64,000 nucleotides of DNA. Source: Polyangiales bacterium. Lineage in GTDB: Bacteria > Myxococcota_A > Polyangia > Polyangiales > Polyangiaceae. A program made the position numbers and the translations under genes. Position 1 is the stretch's first letter. Each line of letters opens with the position of its first letter. The DNA lies in assembly GCA_038231275.1 (NCBI GenBank), contig JBBRLQ010000006.1:128001-192000 (forward strand), written 5' to 3'. Below the pieces are notes generated by a model, which did not search any database, had not been told where the DNA came from, and was given only the letters and a program-made list of their open reading frames with translations. Positions 18,428 to 27,457 of this stretch are shown here, piece by piece.

Positions 18428-19381
18428 GTGCGTTCTCCGCTCCTCTGCCGCCTCTCGATCTGGGGGATCTTGCTCGCCTCTTCGGGGTGGTCGACGCGCC
18501 TCCTCGCGGAGGAGCCCACGCCCGAAGCACGTGTCCGTGCGCAGCTGCGCTTCTCGGACGGAGAGGCGGCGTACAAGCGCGGCGATTACCGCGCGGCAGC
18601 CGAGGCGTTCGACGCCGCGTACCGGGAGATTCACCACCACGTCCCTTTGATCAACGCCGCGCGCGCCTGGGCGAGGACGGGCGACAACGCACGGGCGGCC
18701 AACGCGTACGATCGCTTCCTCGACGAGGCACCCGCGCAGGATCCCGATCGGGCTACCGCGACGGCGTGGCTCAAGGAGCAATCTCCGGCGCTCGGCCAGC
18801 TCCACATCACCGGCGACGCGTTCGATCGGATCAAGGTCGACGGCGTCGTGGTCGACCGGGCGCGCATCTTCGTCGCGCCCGGCGTGCACGAAATCGAGGG
18901 GACGAAGGGATCACGCGCCGCCCGACGCAGCGAAAAGGTGGGCGCGGGCGAAGAAGTGCACGTGCGCCTCGAGCTCGCGCCGAGCGCCACACCCGCCGAC
19001 CCTCCCCACGCCGCGCCGACGCCTCCGCCCGACGCCGCGTCACCCCCGACCACTTCGCCGAGCGCGCCGCCCCGCCGCGGCGTCTCCCCGATCGTCGTCG
19101 CGATCGGCGGCGGCCTCACCGCGCTCGTCGGCGGGCTCGCGATCGCCTCGGGCGCCGACACCATCGCGTACAAGCACGGCACCTTCGCCGGCAACGAGAA
19201 CCCCGACACGCTCGGTGACGGCGTCTACCGCGAGCGCCGCACGAACGTCCTCCTCGGCGCGACGATCGGCCTCTTCGCGTTGACCGGCGCGGCGGCGCTC
19301 TTCCTCGTCGACTGGCGCGGAAACGGTACGCTCGTCGGTGCGGCAGGACCTGGCGGCGTCGCCGTCTCGGGAGCGTTCTGA
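18428..19381 (+). CDS. TPR/PEGA-type exported protein
   Basis: Signal peptide, TPR-like helices (YRAAAEAFDAAY), PEGA-like VDG..PGVHEI, C-terminal hydrophobic segments. Confidence 0.75.
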   Translation: MRSPLLCRLSIWGILLASSGWSTRLLAEEPTPEARVRAQLRFSDGEAAYKRGDYRAAAEAFDAAYREIHHHVPLINAARAWARTGDNARAANAYDRFLDEAPAQDPDRATATAWLKEQSPALGQLHITGDAFDRIKVDGVVVDRARIFVAPGVHEIEGTKGSRAARRSEKVGAGEEVHVRLELAPSATPADPPHAAPTPPPDAASPPTTSPSAPPRRGVSPIVVAIGGGLTALVGGLAIASGADTIAYKHGTFAGNENPDTLGDGVYRERRTNVLLGATIGLFALTGAAALFLVDWRGNGTLVGAAGPGGVAVSGAF

Positions 19382-20799
19382 TGACCGCGACCCCCCGCCA
19401 ACGGATCGGATCCTACGAGCTCCTCGTCGAGCTCGCCTCGGGCGGCGTCGGCACCGTCGACATCGCGCTCCAGCGCGGCGCGGCAGGCTTCGAGCGCCTC
19501 GTGGTGGTGAAGCGCGTCCACCGCTTCCTCCTCAAGAACAAGGACTCGTACGCGATGTTCCGCGACGAGGCGCGCCTCGCGTCGAGCATTCGCCATCCGA
19601 ACGTCGTGCCGGTCGTCGACGTGGTCGAGCTCGACGGCGAGCTCCTCTTGGTGATGGATTACGTCGAGGGCGTGTCGCTCAGCACGCTCCGCAAGGCGTA
19701 CACCGACGCGGGCTCGAGCTTGCCGGCGCCGATCGCGTCGCGCATCCTCTCCGATGTCCTGTCGGGCCTCCACGGCGCCCACGAGGCCGCCGATTTGCGG
19801 GGAAAAAAGCTCGAAATCGTGCACCGCGACGTGAGCCCGCAGAACGTGCTCGTGGGCATCGACGGCGTCGCGCGCGTGATCGATTTCGGCATCGCGAAGG
19901 CGGTCGGGCGGCTCACCGAGACGCAGAGCGGCCTCATCAAAGGGAAGTTCGCGTACATGTCGCCCGAGCAGGTCGAGTCGACGGACCTCGATCGACGGAG
20001 CGACGTCTTCTCGGCCGCGGTCGTCCTGCACGAGGCGCTCACCGGCCAGCGACTGTTCCAAGCCGAGAGCGACATCGCGACGCTGCGTAAGGTGGTCAAG
20101 GGAGAGATCCCCGATCCGTCGTCGCTCGTCTCCGGAGTGCCCCCGGCGATCGACGCGGCGCTCCGCATCGCCCTGGCGCGCGATCGCGAGCAGCGCTTCG
20201 CGACGGCGCTCGCGTTCCAGAGCGCGCTCGAGTCGGCGGCGCCGCCGGCCCCCTGGCGTGACGTCGCAGAGGCGGTGCTCCGGATGTGCGGCGTCGAGCT
20301 CGAGGGGCGGCAGGCGCAGCTCGCGACGGCCCTCGGCGCAGACGCGCAGCGCGTCACGGCGCTTCCACCGAGCGAGCCGGCGAGCGTCCGTGTGCTCGCG
20401 CCGACCGAGGGCGACACACGCGTTGCGGCAACGGCGGACGTGGCGCGCGCGCTGCGCCCTCGATCGACCGCGTGGGTCATCGTCCCGCTGGCCGTCGCGA
20501 CGCTCGGTGCGGGGCTCTTCTTGGCGTGGCCGCGCGGCGGGACTGCGGTTCGCACGACGCCGCCCCCGGAGGTCCCACCGGCGCCGCCGCCCAGCGCGAT
20601 GGCCCTCGCCTCGACGACGACGACGTCCGATCCGCCTCCGATCCCGACCGCTTCTCCGCCCGACGCGGCGCCGCCACCGTCGCCCGATCGCACGGGGCGC
20701 ACGCGCGGTCCGAAGACCCCGCCGCCGCCGGGCGGCACGAAGCCGGGGGGAAACGGCGACGACTTGCGCCACGACTTCGACGCCGGACGCCCCTTCTGA
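19381..20799 (+). CDS. Ser/Thr protein kinase
   Basis: VVVKR, HRDVSPQN, DFG, GKFAYMSPEQ; TM segment and Pro-rich tail. Confidence 0.95.
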   Translation: MTATPRQRIGSYELLVELASGGVGTVDIALQRGAAGFERLVVVKRVHRFLLKNKDSYAMFRDEARLASSIRHPNVVPVVDVVELDGELLLVMDYVEGVSLSTLRKAYTDAGSSLPAPIASRILSDVLSGLHGAHEAADLRGKKLEIVHRDVSPQNVLVGIDGVARVIDFGIAKAVGRLTETQSGLIKGKFAYMSPEQVESTDLDRRSDVFSAAVVLHEALTGQRLFQAESDIATLRKVVKGEIPDPSSLVSGVPPAIDAALRIALARDREQRFATALAFQSALESAAPPAPWRDVAEAVLRMCGVELEGRQAQLATALGADAQRVTALPPSEPASVRVLAPTEGDTRVAATADVARALRPRSTAWVIVPLAVATLGAGLFLAWPRGGTAVRTTPPPEVPPAPPPSAMALASTTTTSDPPPIPTASPPDAAPPPSPDRTGRTRGPKTPPPPGGTKPGGNGDDLRHDFDAGRPF

Positions 20800-20804
20800 G
20801 CGCC

Positions 20805-21851
20805 ATGTCCCGCCGCCTCTTCGCCGTCGCCCTCGTCCTCGCGGTCCCCTCCGCAGCGACGGCCGTTGGCGCGGGCCTCGGCGCGTGCGCAGCGTTCGAC
20901 GACATCGTCCTTCCCACCGACGCGAGCGTTGCGGACGTCCTCGACGCGCCCGACGACGCCCCGCTCGACTCCGGCGAGGGAGGCCTCGGCCCGAGCTACC
21001 TCACGACGTCGCAAGCGGCCCACCTCTGCGGGCTCCTCCTCGACTGCCCGACCAACGTCGCCGAGGGCTACCTCCTCTCGTCGCAGATGCCGGCGATCGC
21101 GTTCGAGCCGAACAAGGGCGCGTTCTCGCTCTGTATGCACTGGCTGACCGAGGTCCTCCACGCGGGGCACATCGGCTTCGAGAAACAGCGCGCGCTGCAA
21201 CAGACCCTCGCCGGCGCGACCGACTGCGCGGGCCTGCAAGCGCTCTTGCCGATCGAGCAGCTCGACGCGAGCCCGTGCGGTACGGCGGGAACCGTGTGCA
21301 GCCTCGATCAAGCCAAGATCGTCCGCTGCAGCGACGCGGGGCTCTTCGTCGAGCACTGCCGCGCCCCTTTCTATCCCGAGGGCGGCACCTGCACGACGGT
21401 GGCCGGCTCACCGACCTGCCTCGTCGACGGCTGTCCGGCGCCGCAGTGCGCGGGCGGCATCTTCGGTCTTTGCATCGTCAACAAGAGCGTCGTCTTCGAC
21501 TGCTCGCTCGTGCACCGTGATTGCACGAGCACGCCGTCCCCGCAGTGCGCGACTGGCGCGACGTGTGGAGGCTCGGGCCTCTCCTGCCAAGGCGCGAACA
21601 TCGCTGCGTGCGTCCTCGGGAGCAGCATCGTGTTCGAGTGCCCTCCCGCGAGCATCTGCTCGAGCTTCAGCCCGTCGGCGTTCTTCTGCGCGAAGGCCGG
21701 CGCGACGTGCACGCCCGGCACCGTCACCGATCGCTGCGACGGTACGCAGATCGTCTATTGCGGAGGCGGGATCGAATCGCGCGTCGACTGCGCGCGCGTG
21801 CAGAGCGGGTGGACGTGCAAGAACACGCCGTCCGTTCACTGCGCCCCCTGA
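20805..21851 (+). CDS. Cys-rich lipoprotein
   Basis: Signal with LGAC; DAS/DAP/DSG linker; dense Cys repeats in the C-terminal half. Confidence 0.75.
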   Translation: MSRRLFAVALVLAVPSAATAVGAGLGACAAFDDIVLPTDASVADVLDAPDDAPLDSGEGGLGPSYLTTSQAAHLCGLLLDCPTNVAEGYLLSSQMPAIAFEPNKGAFSLCMHWLTEVLHAGHIGFEKQRALQQTLAGATDCAGLQALLPIEQLDASPCGTAGTVCSLDQAKIVRCSDAGLFVEHCRAPFYPEGGTCTTVAGSPTCLVDGCPAPQCAGGIFGLCIVNKSVVFDCSLVHRDCTSTPSPQCATGATCGGSGLSCQGANIAACVLGSSIVFECPPASICSSFSPSAFFCAKAGATCTPGTVTDRCDGTQIVYCGGGIESRVDCARVQSGWTCKNTPSVHCAP

Positions 21852-21866
21852 CGCGCCGAACCCGCT

Positions 21867-23171
21867 TCACCCCTTCGCGAGGCCGTATTTTCGCAGGAAC
21901 GCGCGCACGTGGTGGCGTTCGATGCCGCTGCGGCGCGCCATCTCGCTGACGTTGCCCGTGCACTGATCGGAGAGCGCGCCGAAGTAGTCGCGCTCCCATC
22001 CGTGCACCGCCTTCTTCTTGGCGGCGGCGAACGCGGTGACCGGAAAGCGCGCGCCTTCGGGCTCGGCGCGGGTCAGGGCGAACACGTCGTCGATCGCCTC
22101 GGGCGTGTCGGCGAGCGTGACGGCGACGGACGCGACGTTGACGAGCTCGCGCACGTTGCCCGGCCAGTCGTAGGTGTCCATGCGCCGCTCGATCCAGTCG
22201 TAGACCGCGCTGGCGTGCTCGGGCCGGCCGGCGCGCGTGCACACATCCTGAACGAGCTCGGCGATGTCACTTCGCCTCTCGCGAAGGGGCGGCAGCTCGA
22301 CGCGGACCTGCGCGATGCGGAAGTAGAGGTCGCTGCGGAAGCGATCGGCGTTCATCTCTGCGGAGAGATCGCGTCGCGTGGCGGCGACGATGCGCACGTC
22401 CATCGGCTCGAAGGCGGAGCCCCCGACGCGCTTCACCTGACGCTCGGCGAGCGCGCGGAGGAGCTTGGGCTGGAGATCGATCGGAAGCTCCCCGAGCTCG
22501 TCGAGGAAGAGCGTGCCGCCGTCGGCCTCGCGCAATGCGCCGTTGCGACGCTCGGTCGCGCCGGTGAACGAGCCCTTCTCGTGGCCGAAGAGGATGCTCT
22601 CGGCCAACGTCGGAGGGATCGAGCCGCAGTCGACGACGACGAACGGCCCTTTGCTGCGCGGGCTTCCGTCGTGCAGCGCGCGCGCGGCGAGCTCTTTGCC
22701 GGTGCCAGTCTCCCCGAGGACCAGGACGCTGAGCGGCGTCGGCGCGACGCGCTCGAGGACACCGAACACGCGGCGCATCTTGGGCGAGCTGCCGACGAGC
22801 GGCCCGAAGCGATCGATGAGCTCCGCCTCGACGCGCTTGGTGGCCGCGGCGGGCTCCACGGTGACCGACGGCCCTCCCACGACGATCTCGGTGGGAGCAG
22901 TCACGAGCCCCTCGGTCACGCGGAACGTCCCGACGCGCGTACCGTTGGTGCTGCCCAGATCGCGCACGAGGATTCCGTCGTGCACCGCGCGCAGCTCGCA
23001 GTGGAACGCGCTCACACGACGATCGTCGAGGACCAAGTTGGCGCCGGGATCGCGCCCGATCACGACGGGGTCGACGTCGATCGCGACGCTGCGTCCGTCG
23101 CTCGCGCGCACGACGCCGCCGCGTACGGTCCAGTGCAACTGCCGCGCGACCGTGGTGGCGACACCGCTCAT
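21867..23171 (-). CDS. FHA-domain sigma54-dependent enhancer-binding protein
   Basis: FHA ([13 protein letters not shown]), [29 protein letters not shown], Fis HTH. Confidence 0.95.
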   Translation of the reverse strand: MSGVATTVARQLHWTVRGGVVRASDGRSVAIDVDPVVIGRDPGANLVLDDRRVSAFHCELRAVHDGILVRDLGSTNGTRVGTFRVTEGLVTAPTEIVVGGPSVTVEPAAATKRVEAELIDRFGPLVGSSPKMRRVFGVLERVAPTPLSVLVLGETGTGKELAARALHDGSPRSKGPFVVVDCGSIPPTLAESILFGHEKGSFTGATERRNGALREADGGTLFLDELGELPIDLQPKLLRALAERQVKRVGGSAFEPMDVRIVAATRRDLSAEMNADRFRSDLYFRIAQVRVELPPLRERRSDIAELVQDVCTRAGRPEHASAVYDWIERRMDTYDWPGNVRELVNVASVAVTLADTPEAIDDVFALTRAEPEGARFPVTAFAAAKKKAVHGWERDYFGALSDQCTGNVSEMARRSGIERHHVRAFLRKYGLAKG

Positions 23172-23218
23172 CCGAGGAGTATACGAGCAGCCGTGAAGGC
23201 GGGGGACACCGATGCGCG

Positions 23219-23311
23219 GCTGGACAGATCGGTGTTCAGCGTCCTCGATCTGCCGGCGAACAGCCGAAGCCCGGCCGCGTCGCCGGGCCGTGAACGGATC
23301 GGTGTTCAGCG
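23219..23311. promoter_or_regulatory. Paired dyad enhancer sites TG(G/A)AC-N8-GTTCA, 70 bp apart
   Basis: TGGACAGATCGGTGTTCAGCG at 23221 and TGAACGGATCGGTGTTCAGCG at 23291. Confidence 0.75.
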
Positions 23312-23363
23312 CGGGACCAGTCTAAAACCAGGCAAATCACGCCAAATTTACGAGACCCGCGCC

Positions 23364-23379
23364 TGGCACGTTCGCTGCT
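23364..23379 (+). promoter_or_regulatory. sigma54 (-24/-12) promoter
   Basis: TGGCACG-TTCG-CTGCT, GG-N10-GC, divergent from the enhancer-binding protein gene. Confidence 0.8.
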
Positions 23380-23392
23380 CTAGCTCCTCCTC

Positions 23393-24250
23393 ATGAAGAC
23401 CACCTTCACCACCGCTTCGGTTCTTTCCCTCCTCGCTTTGGCGCTCGGCTCCGGCTGCGCGGTCAAGAGCACCTCCACCAACTCGACGACGGGCAGCGGC
23501 TCTGACGCCGTCGATCAAGGCTCCGACGTCAACGACGCCGAGGGCAGCGCCGAGTCGCTCGGGTCGTCGCTCGTCGGGGGCACGAGCGGATCGCTGCACG
23601 TCGCCTCCGCCGGCGAGATGACGATGCACGGCGGGACCCTCCAGCTCGCCGACGTCGGCGCCGAGGCGAAGGGCTTCTACAGCCCCGCCGGCTGCCTCAC
23701 CGTCGCCGCGGACCTGACGAAGAGCAGCGCGAAGTACACCTTCAACGACTGCACCGGCCCGTGGGGCATCCTCCACCTCACCGGCGAGGTCGACGTGACG
23801 TGGTCGTCGAGCGGGGCGAACCAGATCACGATCAACTACTCGGCGACCGCCCTCAAGGTGAACCACGCCACGATCGACTGGACAGCGACGGCCAACGTCA
23901 CCGGCAACGGCGGCGCGCGCGACATGATCTGGGACGGAAAATTCTCCGGCACGACCGCCCACGGCCGCGCGTTCCAGCGCACCAACCACAAGGAGTACAA
24001 GTGGACGGTGGGCCAGGCGTGCTTGAGCGTCTCCGGGACGTCGGACGGCACGGTCACCGGTCACGAGCTCAAGACCGAGGTGAAGAGCTTCTCGATCTGC
24101 GCGGGCGGCTGCCCGGAGGCTGGCAGCGAGATCACGATCACCGACGTGACGACCAGCAAGGTCTACGACGTGAAGTGGAACGCCGGCAGCGCGACGTACA
24201 CCGATCCGGCGGGCAACAGCGTCACGTACACGCCACTCTGCGCGCGCTGA
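23393..24250 (+). CDS. Lipoprotein (Ser/Thr-rich, predicted beta-rich)
   Basis: Lipobox-like GSGC; six mature-domain Cys. Confidence 0.85.
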   Translation: MKTTFTTASVLSLLALALGSGCAVKSTSTNSTTGSGSDAVDQGSDVNDAEGSAESLGSSLVGGTSGSLHVASAGEMTMHGGTLQLADVGAEAKGFYSPAGCLTVAADLTKSSAKYTFNDCTGPWGILHLTGEVDVTWSSSGANQITINYSATALKVNHATIDWTATANVTGNGGARDMIWDGKFSGTTAHGRAFQRTNHKEYKWTVGQACLSVSGTSDGTVTGHELKTEVKSFSICAGGCPEAGSEITITDVTTSKVYDVKWNAGSATYTDPAGNSVTYTPLCAR

Positions 24251-24568
24251 CGAAGAGCCTTCGACGGCGCCCCGTTCCGAGCGCAGACGGGGCGCTCGGG
24301 AGGCGCGGGACGCGGCACGGCAGCGGCTCCCGGTCGAGCGAGCGCGTGCGGTAGTGCGAGGCTTTTAACCAGCTCCCAAATCGCCGCATCGGACGAGGCG
24401 CGCCGGCAGCTTGCCCGCGTCACGGAGCGCCTCGACGACCTTCTCGCTCAGGCGAATGCGCGCACGTAAAAGAGGGGCGCCGACGGCGGCAAAGGCCTCC
24501 GAGCGCGGACGACGACCGTCGCGTCGCGGAAGTGGCCGGCATACAGCTCTTCGGCGTGGCTGCGTTTC

Positions 24569-24721
24569 TCACGCGGCGATTCGTCGTGCCCGGCGCGCTG
24601 GGGATGATTTTTCGTGCACGGGATGGGGATGATCCTCCACCACACGCTTCGATGGTTCGAGGTCGGTCGCGGCGAGAAGGGCAACGAGAACGGGTCCCTC
24701 GCAGAACTGCAGCGGTTCCAT
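24569..24721 (-). CDS. Possible small protein (50 aa)
   Basis: MEPLQFCEGPVLVALLAATDLE...RRARRIAA fills an otherwise empty region; weak codon support. Confidence 0.3.
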   Translation of the reverse strand: MEPLQFCEGPVLVALLAATDLEPSKRVVEDHPHPVHEKSSPARRARRIAA

Positions 24722-24810
24722 CGGGTTCCACGGTTGAGCAACCCCCGCGGAACCTCTCCCTGCGCGCGGGAGTTGCGCTCGGGACCCGGTCCGATCCACA
24801 TTACGGGCGC

Positions 24811-25203
24811 ATGCCTCGGGCGCTCCTCCGTCTCGTCGTCGCCTTCGCCGCCGCGCTCACCGCGTGGCTGGTCGCGGCGCCGGCGTGGGCGAGCATGTCG
24901 GCCCCGCAGTGCGACCACCGCGGCGCGATCACGTTCGCGCCGCCGCCGCAGCTCCAGCCGATGCAGCAGTCGATCGACGCGACCGACGACGACATGACGT
25001 GCGTGGAGAAGATGCTCGCGGCCGAAGGTGTCCACCAGGGCAACGCGCCGCCCCCGTCGCCGAGCGCGACAGAGCCCGTGGCCGCCCCTGCGTTGCCGAT
25101 CCTCCCTGCGTTCGCGCCGCGCGCGTTGCCGCCCGAGCTCGACGTGGATGCGCGCGCCCCTTGTGGCGTGCGCACGTCCCTCGAACGTCCCCCTCGAGCC
25201 TGA
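24811..25203 (+). CDS. Secreted leader protein ending ERPPRA (candidate translation-arrest peptide)
   Basis: Sec signal (..APAWA), three Cys, Pro-rich linker, C-terminal RPPR; upstream of the DsbA genes. Confidence 0.7.
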   Translation: MPRALLRLVVAFAAALTAWLVAAPAWASMSAPQCDHRGAITFAPPPQLQPMQQSIDATDDDMTCVEKMLAAEGVHQGNAPPPSPSATEPVAAPALPILPAFAPRALPPELDVDARAPCGVRTSLERPPRA

Positions 25204-25355
25204 GCGCCTCGAGCGTTCGCCCAGTTTTTTAGGCCTTCGCGCGCCCGTCGCGCGCGGACGGCACGTCGTGCGCCCTCGCGTGCGCGGCGTCGCCGAGCCG
25301 CACGCGCCGTCGCGCAAGAATTCGCAGTACCTCTCTCGAACCAAGGAAATCGTCC

Positions 25356-27383
25356 ATGTCCAAAGAATCCAAGAACGACGCCGACGCGTCGCCGAGCAGC
25401 TTCGAAGGCGCCGGCGGGATGAACACGGGGGTGGCCATCGTCGGCTTCATCCTCTGCTTCATCTCGGGCGCCGGCCTCATGTGGGGCTACGACTCGCACC
25501 GCCTCAAGAAGGGCGAAATCGGCGCGGACAGCACCGCGTCGGCCGGCGGCGGCGGCAACTGGAGCGACGAGGACTCCCCCGTCCCCGTCTCCAGCAAAGA
25601 TCCGATGTTCGGCAAGCGTGACGCCCCCGTCACGATCGTCGTCTTCTCGGACTTCCAGTGCCCCTTCTGCTCACGCGGTGAGGCGACCGTCGACCAGGTC
25701 AAGACGACCTACGGCGACAAGGTCCGCGTCATCTGGAAGAACGAGCCCCTCAGCTTCCACCCGAACGCAAAGCCGGCCGCCGAGGCCGCGCAGGGCGTCT
25801 TCGCGATGAAGGGCGCCGAGGCTTTTTGGAAGTTCCACGACCTCGCGTTCAAGAACCAGCAGACGCTGAGCGACGACAACTACGTCGCGTGGGCAGGTCA
25901 GGCCGGCGTGACGGACATCGCCAAGTTCAAGGCGGGTCTCGCCGCGCACACGTGGGCGGACAAGGTCGAGAAGGACCACGCCATCGCGCAGAAGGCGGGC
26001 GTCAACGGGACGCCGGCGTTCTTCATCAACGGCTCGCTCCTCTCGGGCGCGCAGCCGTTCGACAAGTTCAAGACCGTCATCGACCAGGAGCTCGACAAGG
26101 CCAAGGCGAAGATCGCGTCCGGCACGCCCAAGGACAAGGTCTACGTGGCGATGTCGAACGAGAACAAGAAGGCCGCTCCGGCCGCCGCGCCGAAGGACGA
26201 GGACGAGGGTGAGAAGGAAGACACCAAGACGGTCTTCAAGGTCCCCGTCGGCCAGAGCCCGCAGCTCGGCAACGCGAACGCGCTCGTCACGATCGTCGAG
26301 TTCAGCGATTTCCAGTGCCCGTACTGCAAGCGCACCGAAGACCAGCTGAAGAAGATCCGCGAGACCTACGGCGACAAGGTCCGCTTCGTGTGGAAGGAGG
26401 AGCCTCTTCCGTTCCACCCGCGCGCCGAGCCGGCCGCGGAGCTCGGACGCGCCGCGCGCGCCGAGAAGGGCGACAAGGGCTGGTGGGCCGCGCACGACGC
26501 GATGTTCGATTCGCAGCCGAAGCTCGACGACGCGGATCTCGAGGCGGTCGCCGCCAAGATCGGCATCGACAAGGGCAAGGCGATGGACGCCATCAAGACC
26601 CACAAATACAAGAAGGAGATCGACGCGGACTCCGAGCTCGCGGACGATCTCCAGGCCAGCGGCACGCCGCACTTCTTCATCAACGGACGCCGCCTCGTCG
26701 GCGCGCAGCCGTTCGAGAAGTTCCAGAAGATCATCGACGAGGAGATCAAGCACGCGCAAGACGTGCTTGCCAAGGGCGTCGCTCCGGCGAAGCTCTACGA
26801 GGAGCTCGTCAAGGACGGCAAGGGCGCGCCCGAGCCGGAGAAGAAGACCGTCGTCCTCGCGCAGAACTCGCCGGCGAAGGGCAACACCAAGTCGAAGATC
26901 ATCATCCAGGAGTTCAGTGATTTCCAGTGCCCGTTCTGCTCGAAGGTCGAGGACACGGTCAACCAGGTCATGAAGGACTACGGCGACAAGGTGCAGCTCC
27001 AGTGGCGCAACCTCCCGCTCCCCATGCACGCCGACGCCCCGATGGCGGCGCAGGCGGCGCAAGAGGCCTACAAGCAGAAGGGCGCCGACGCCTTCTGGAA
27101 GATGCACGACAAGCTCTACGGCGGACAGAAGAACCCCGAAGGCTTGAAGCGCCCGGCGATCGAGGGCTACGCGCAGGAGCTTGGCCTCAACATGGACAAG
27201 TTCAAGACGGCGCTCGACACCAGCTCGCACAAGGCCGAGATCGAGGTCGACGAGAAGGCCGCCAAGGACGCCGGCATCAGCGGCACCCCGGCGTTCGTGA
27301 TCAACGGGTACTTCATCAGCGGCGCGCAGCCGTACCCGAAGTTCAAGAAGCTGATTGAGCGCGCGATGGCAGAGGCGAAGTAA
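25356..27383 (+). CDS. Membrane-anchored DsbA-family protein with three thioredoxin-fold domains
   Basis: FSDFQCPFC, FSDFQCPYC and FSDFQCPFC, each followed by GTP.F.ING..GAQP; N-terminal TM. Confidence 0.93.
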   Translation: MSKESKNDADASPSSFEGAGGMNTGVAIVGFILCFISGAGLMWGYDSHRLKKGEIGADSTASAGGGGNWSDEDSPVPVSSKDPMFGKRDAPVTIVVFSDFQCPFCSRGEATVDQVKTTYGDKVRVIWKNEPLSFHPNAKPAAEAAQGVFAMKGAEAFWKFHDLAFKNQQTLSDDNYVAWAGQAGVTDIAKFKAGLAAHTWADKVEKDHAIAQKAGVNGTPAFFINGSLLSGAQPFDKFKTVIDQELDKAKAKIASGTPKDKVYVAMSNENKKAAPAAAPKDEDEGEKEDTKTVFKVPVGQSPQLGNANALVTIVEFSDFQCPYCKRTEDQLKKIRETYGDKVRFVWKEEPLPFHPRAEPAAELGRAARAEKGDKGWWAAHDAMFDSQPKLDDADLEAVAAKIGIDKGKAMDAIKTHKYKKEIDADSELADDLQASGTPHFFINGRRLVGAQPFEKFQKIIDEEIKHAQDVLAKGVAPAKLYEELVKDGKGAPEPEKKTVVLAQNSPAKGNTKSKIIIQEFSDFQCPFCSKVEDTVNQVMKDYGDKVQLQWRNLPLPMHADAPMAAQAAQEAYKQKGADAFWKMHDKLYGGQKNPEGLKRPAIEGYAQELGLNMDKFKTALDTSSHKAEIEVDEKAAKDAGISGTPAFVINGYFISGAQPYPKFKKLIERAMAEAK

Positions 27384-27401
27384 GTTCTTCGCCGATTCGG
27401 A

Positions 27402-27441
27402 CGAAGGCCCGGGGAATGAATTCCCGGGCCTTCGCCTTTTT
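27402..27441 (+). terminator. Rho-independent terminator
   Basis: CGAAGGCCCGGGGAA-TGAA-TTCCCGGGCCTTCG followed by CCTTTTT. Confidence 0.8.
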
Positions 27442-27457
27442 GTGAGAGGTACATCGC

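Noticed and set aside
23221-23311. LexA box (GTTCAG half-site)
   Set aside because: The other half-site and spacing do not fit the LexA consensus I recall, and the context is a sigma54 promoter beside an enhancer-binding protein.
24350-24468. Short helical ORF (..SDEARRQLARVTERLDDLLAQANART)
   Set aside because: Coding-like codons but no in-frame start or RBS found.
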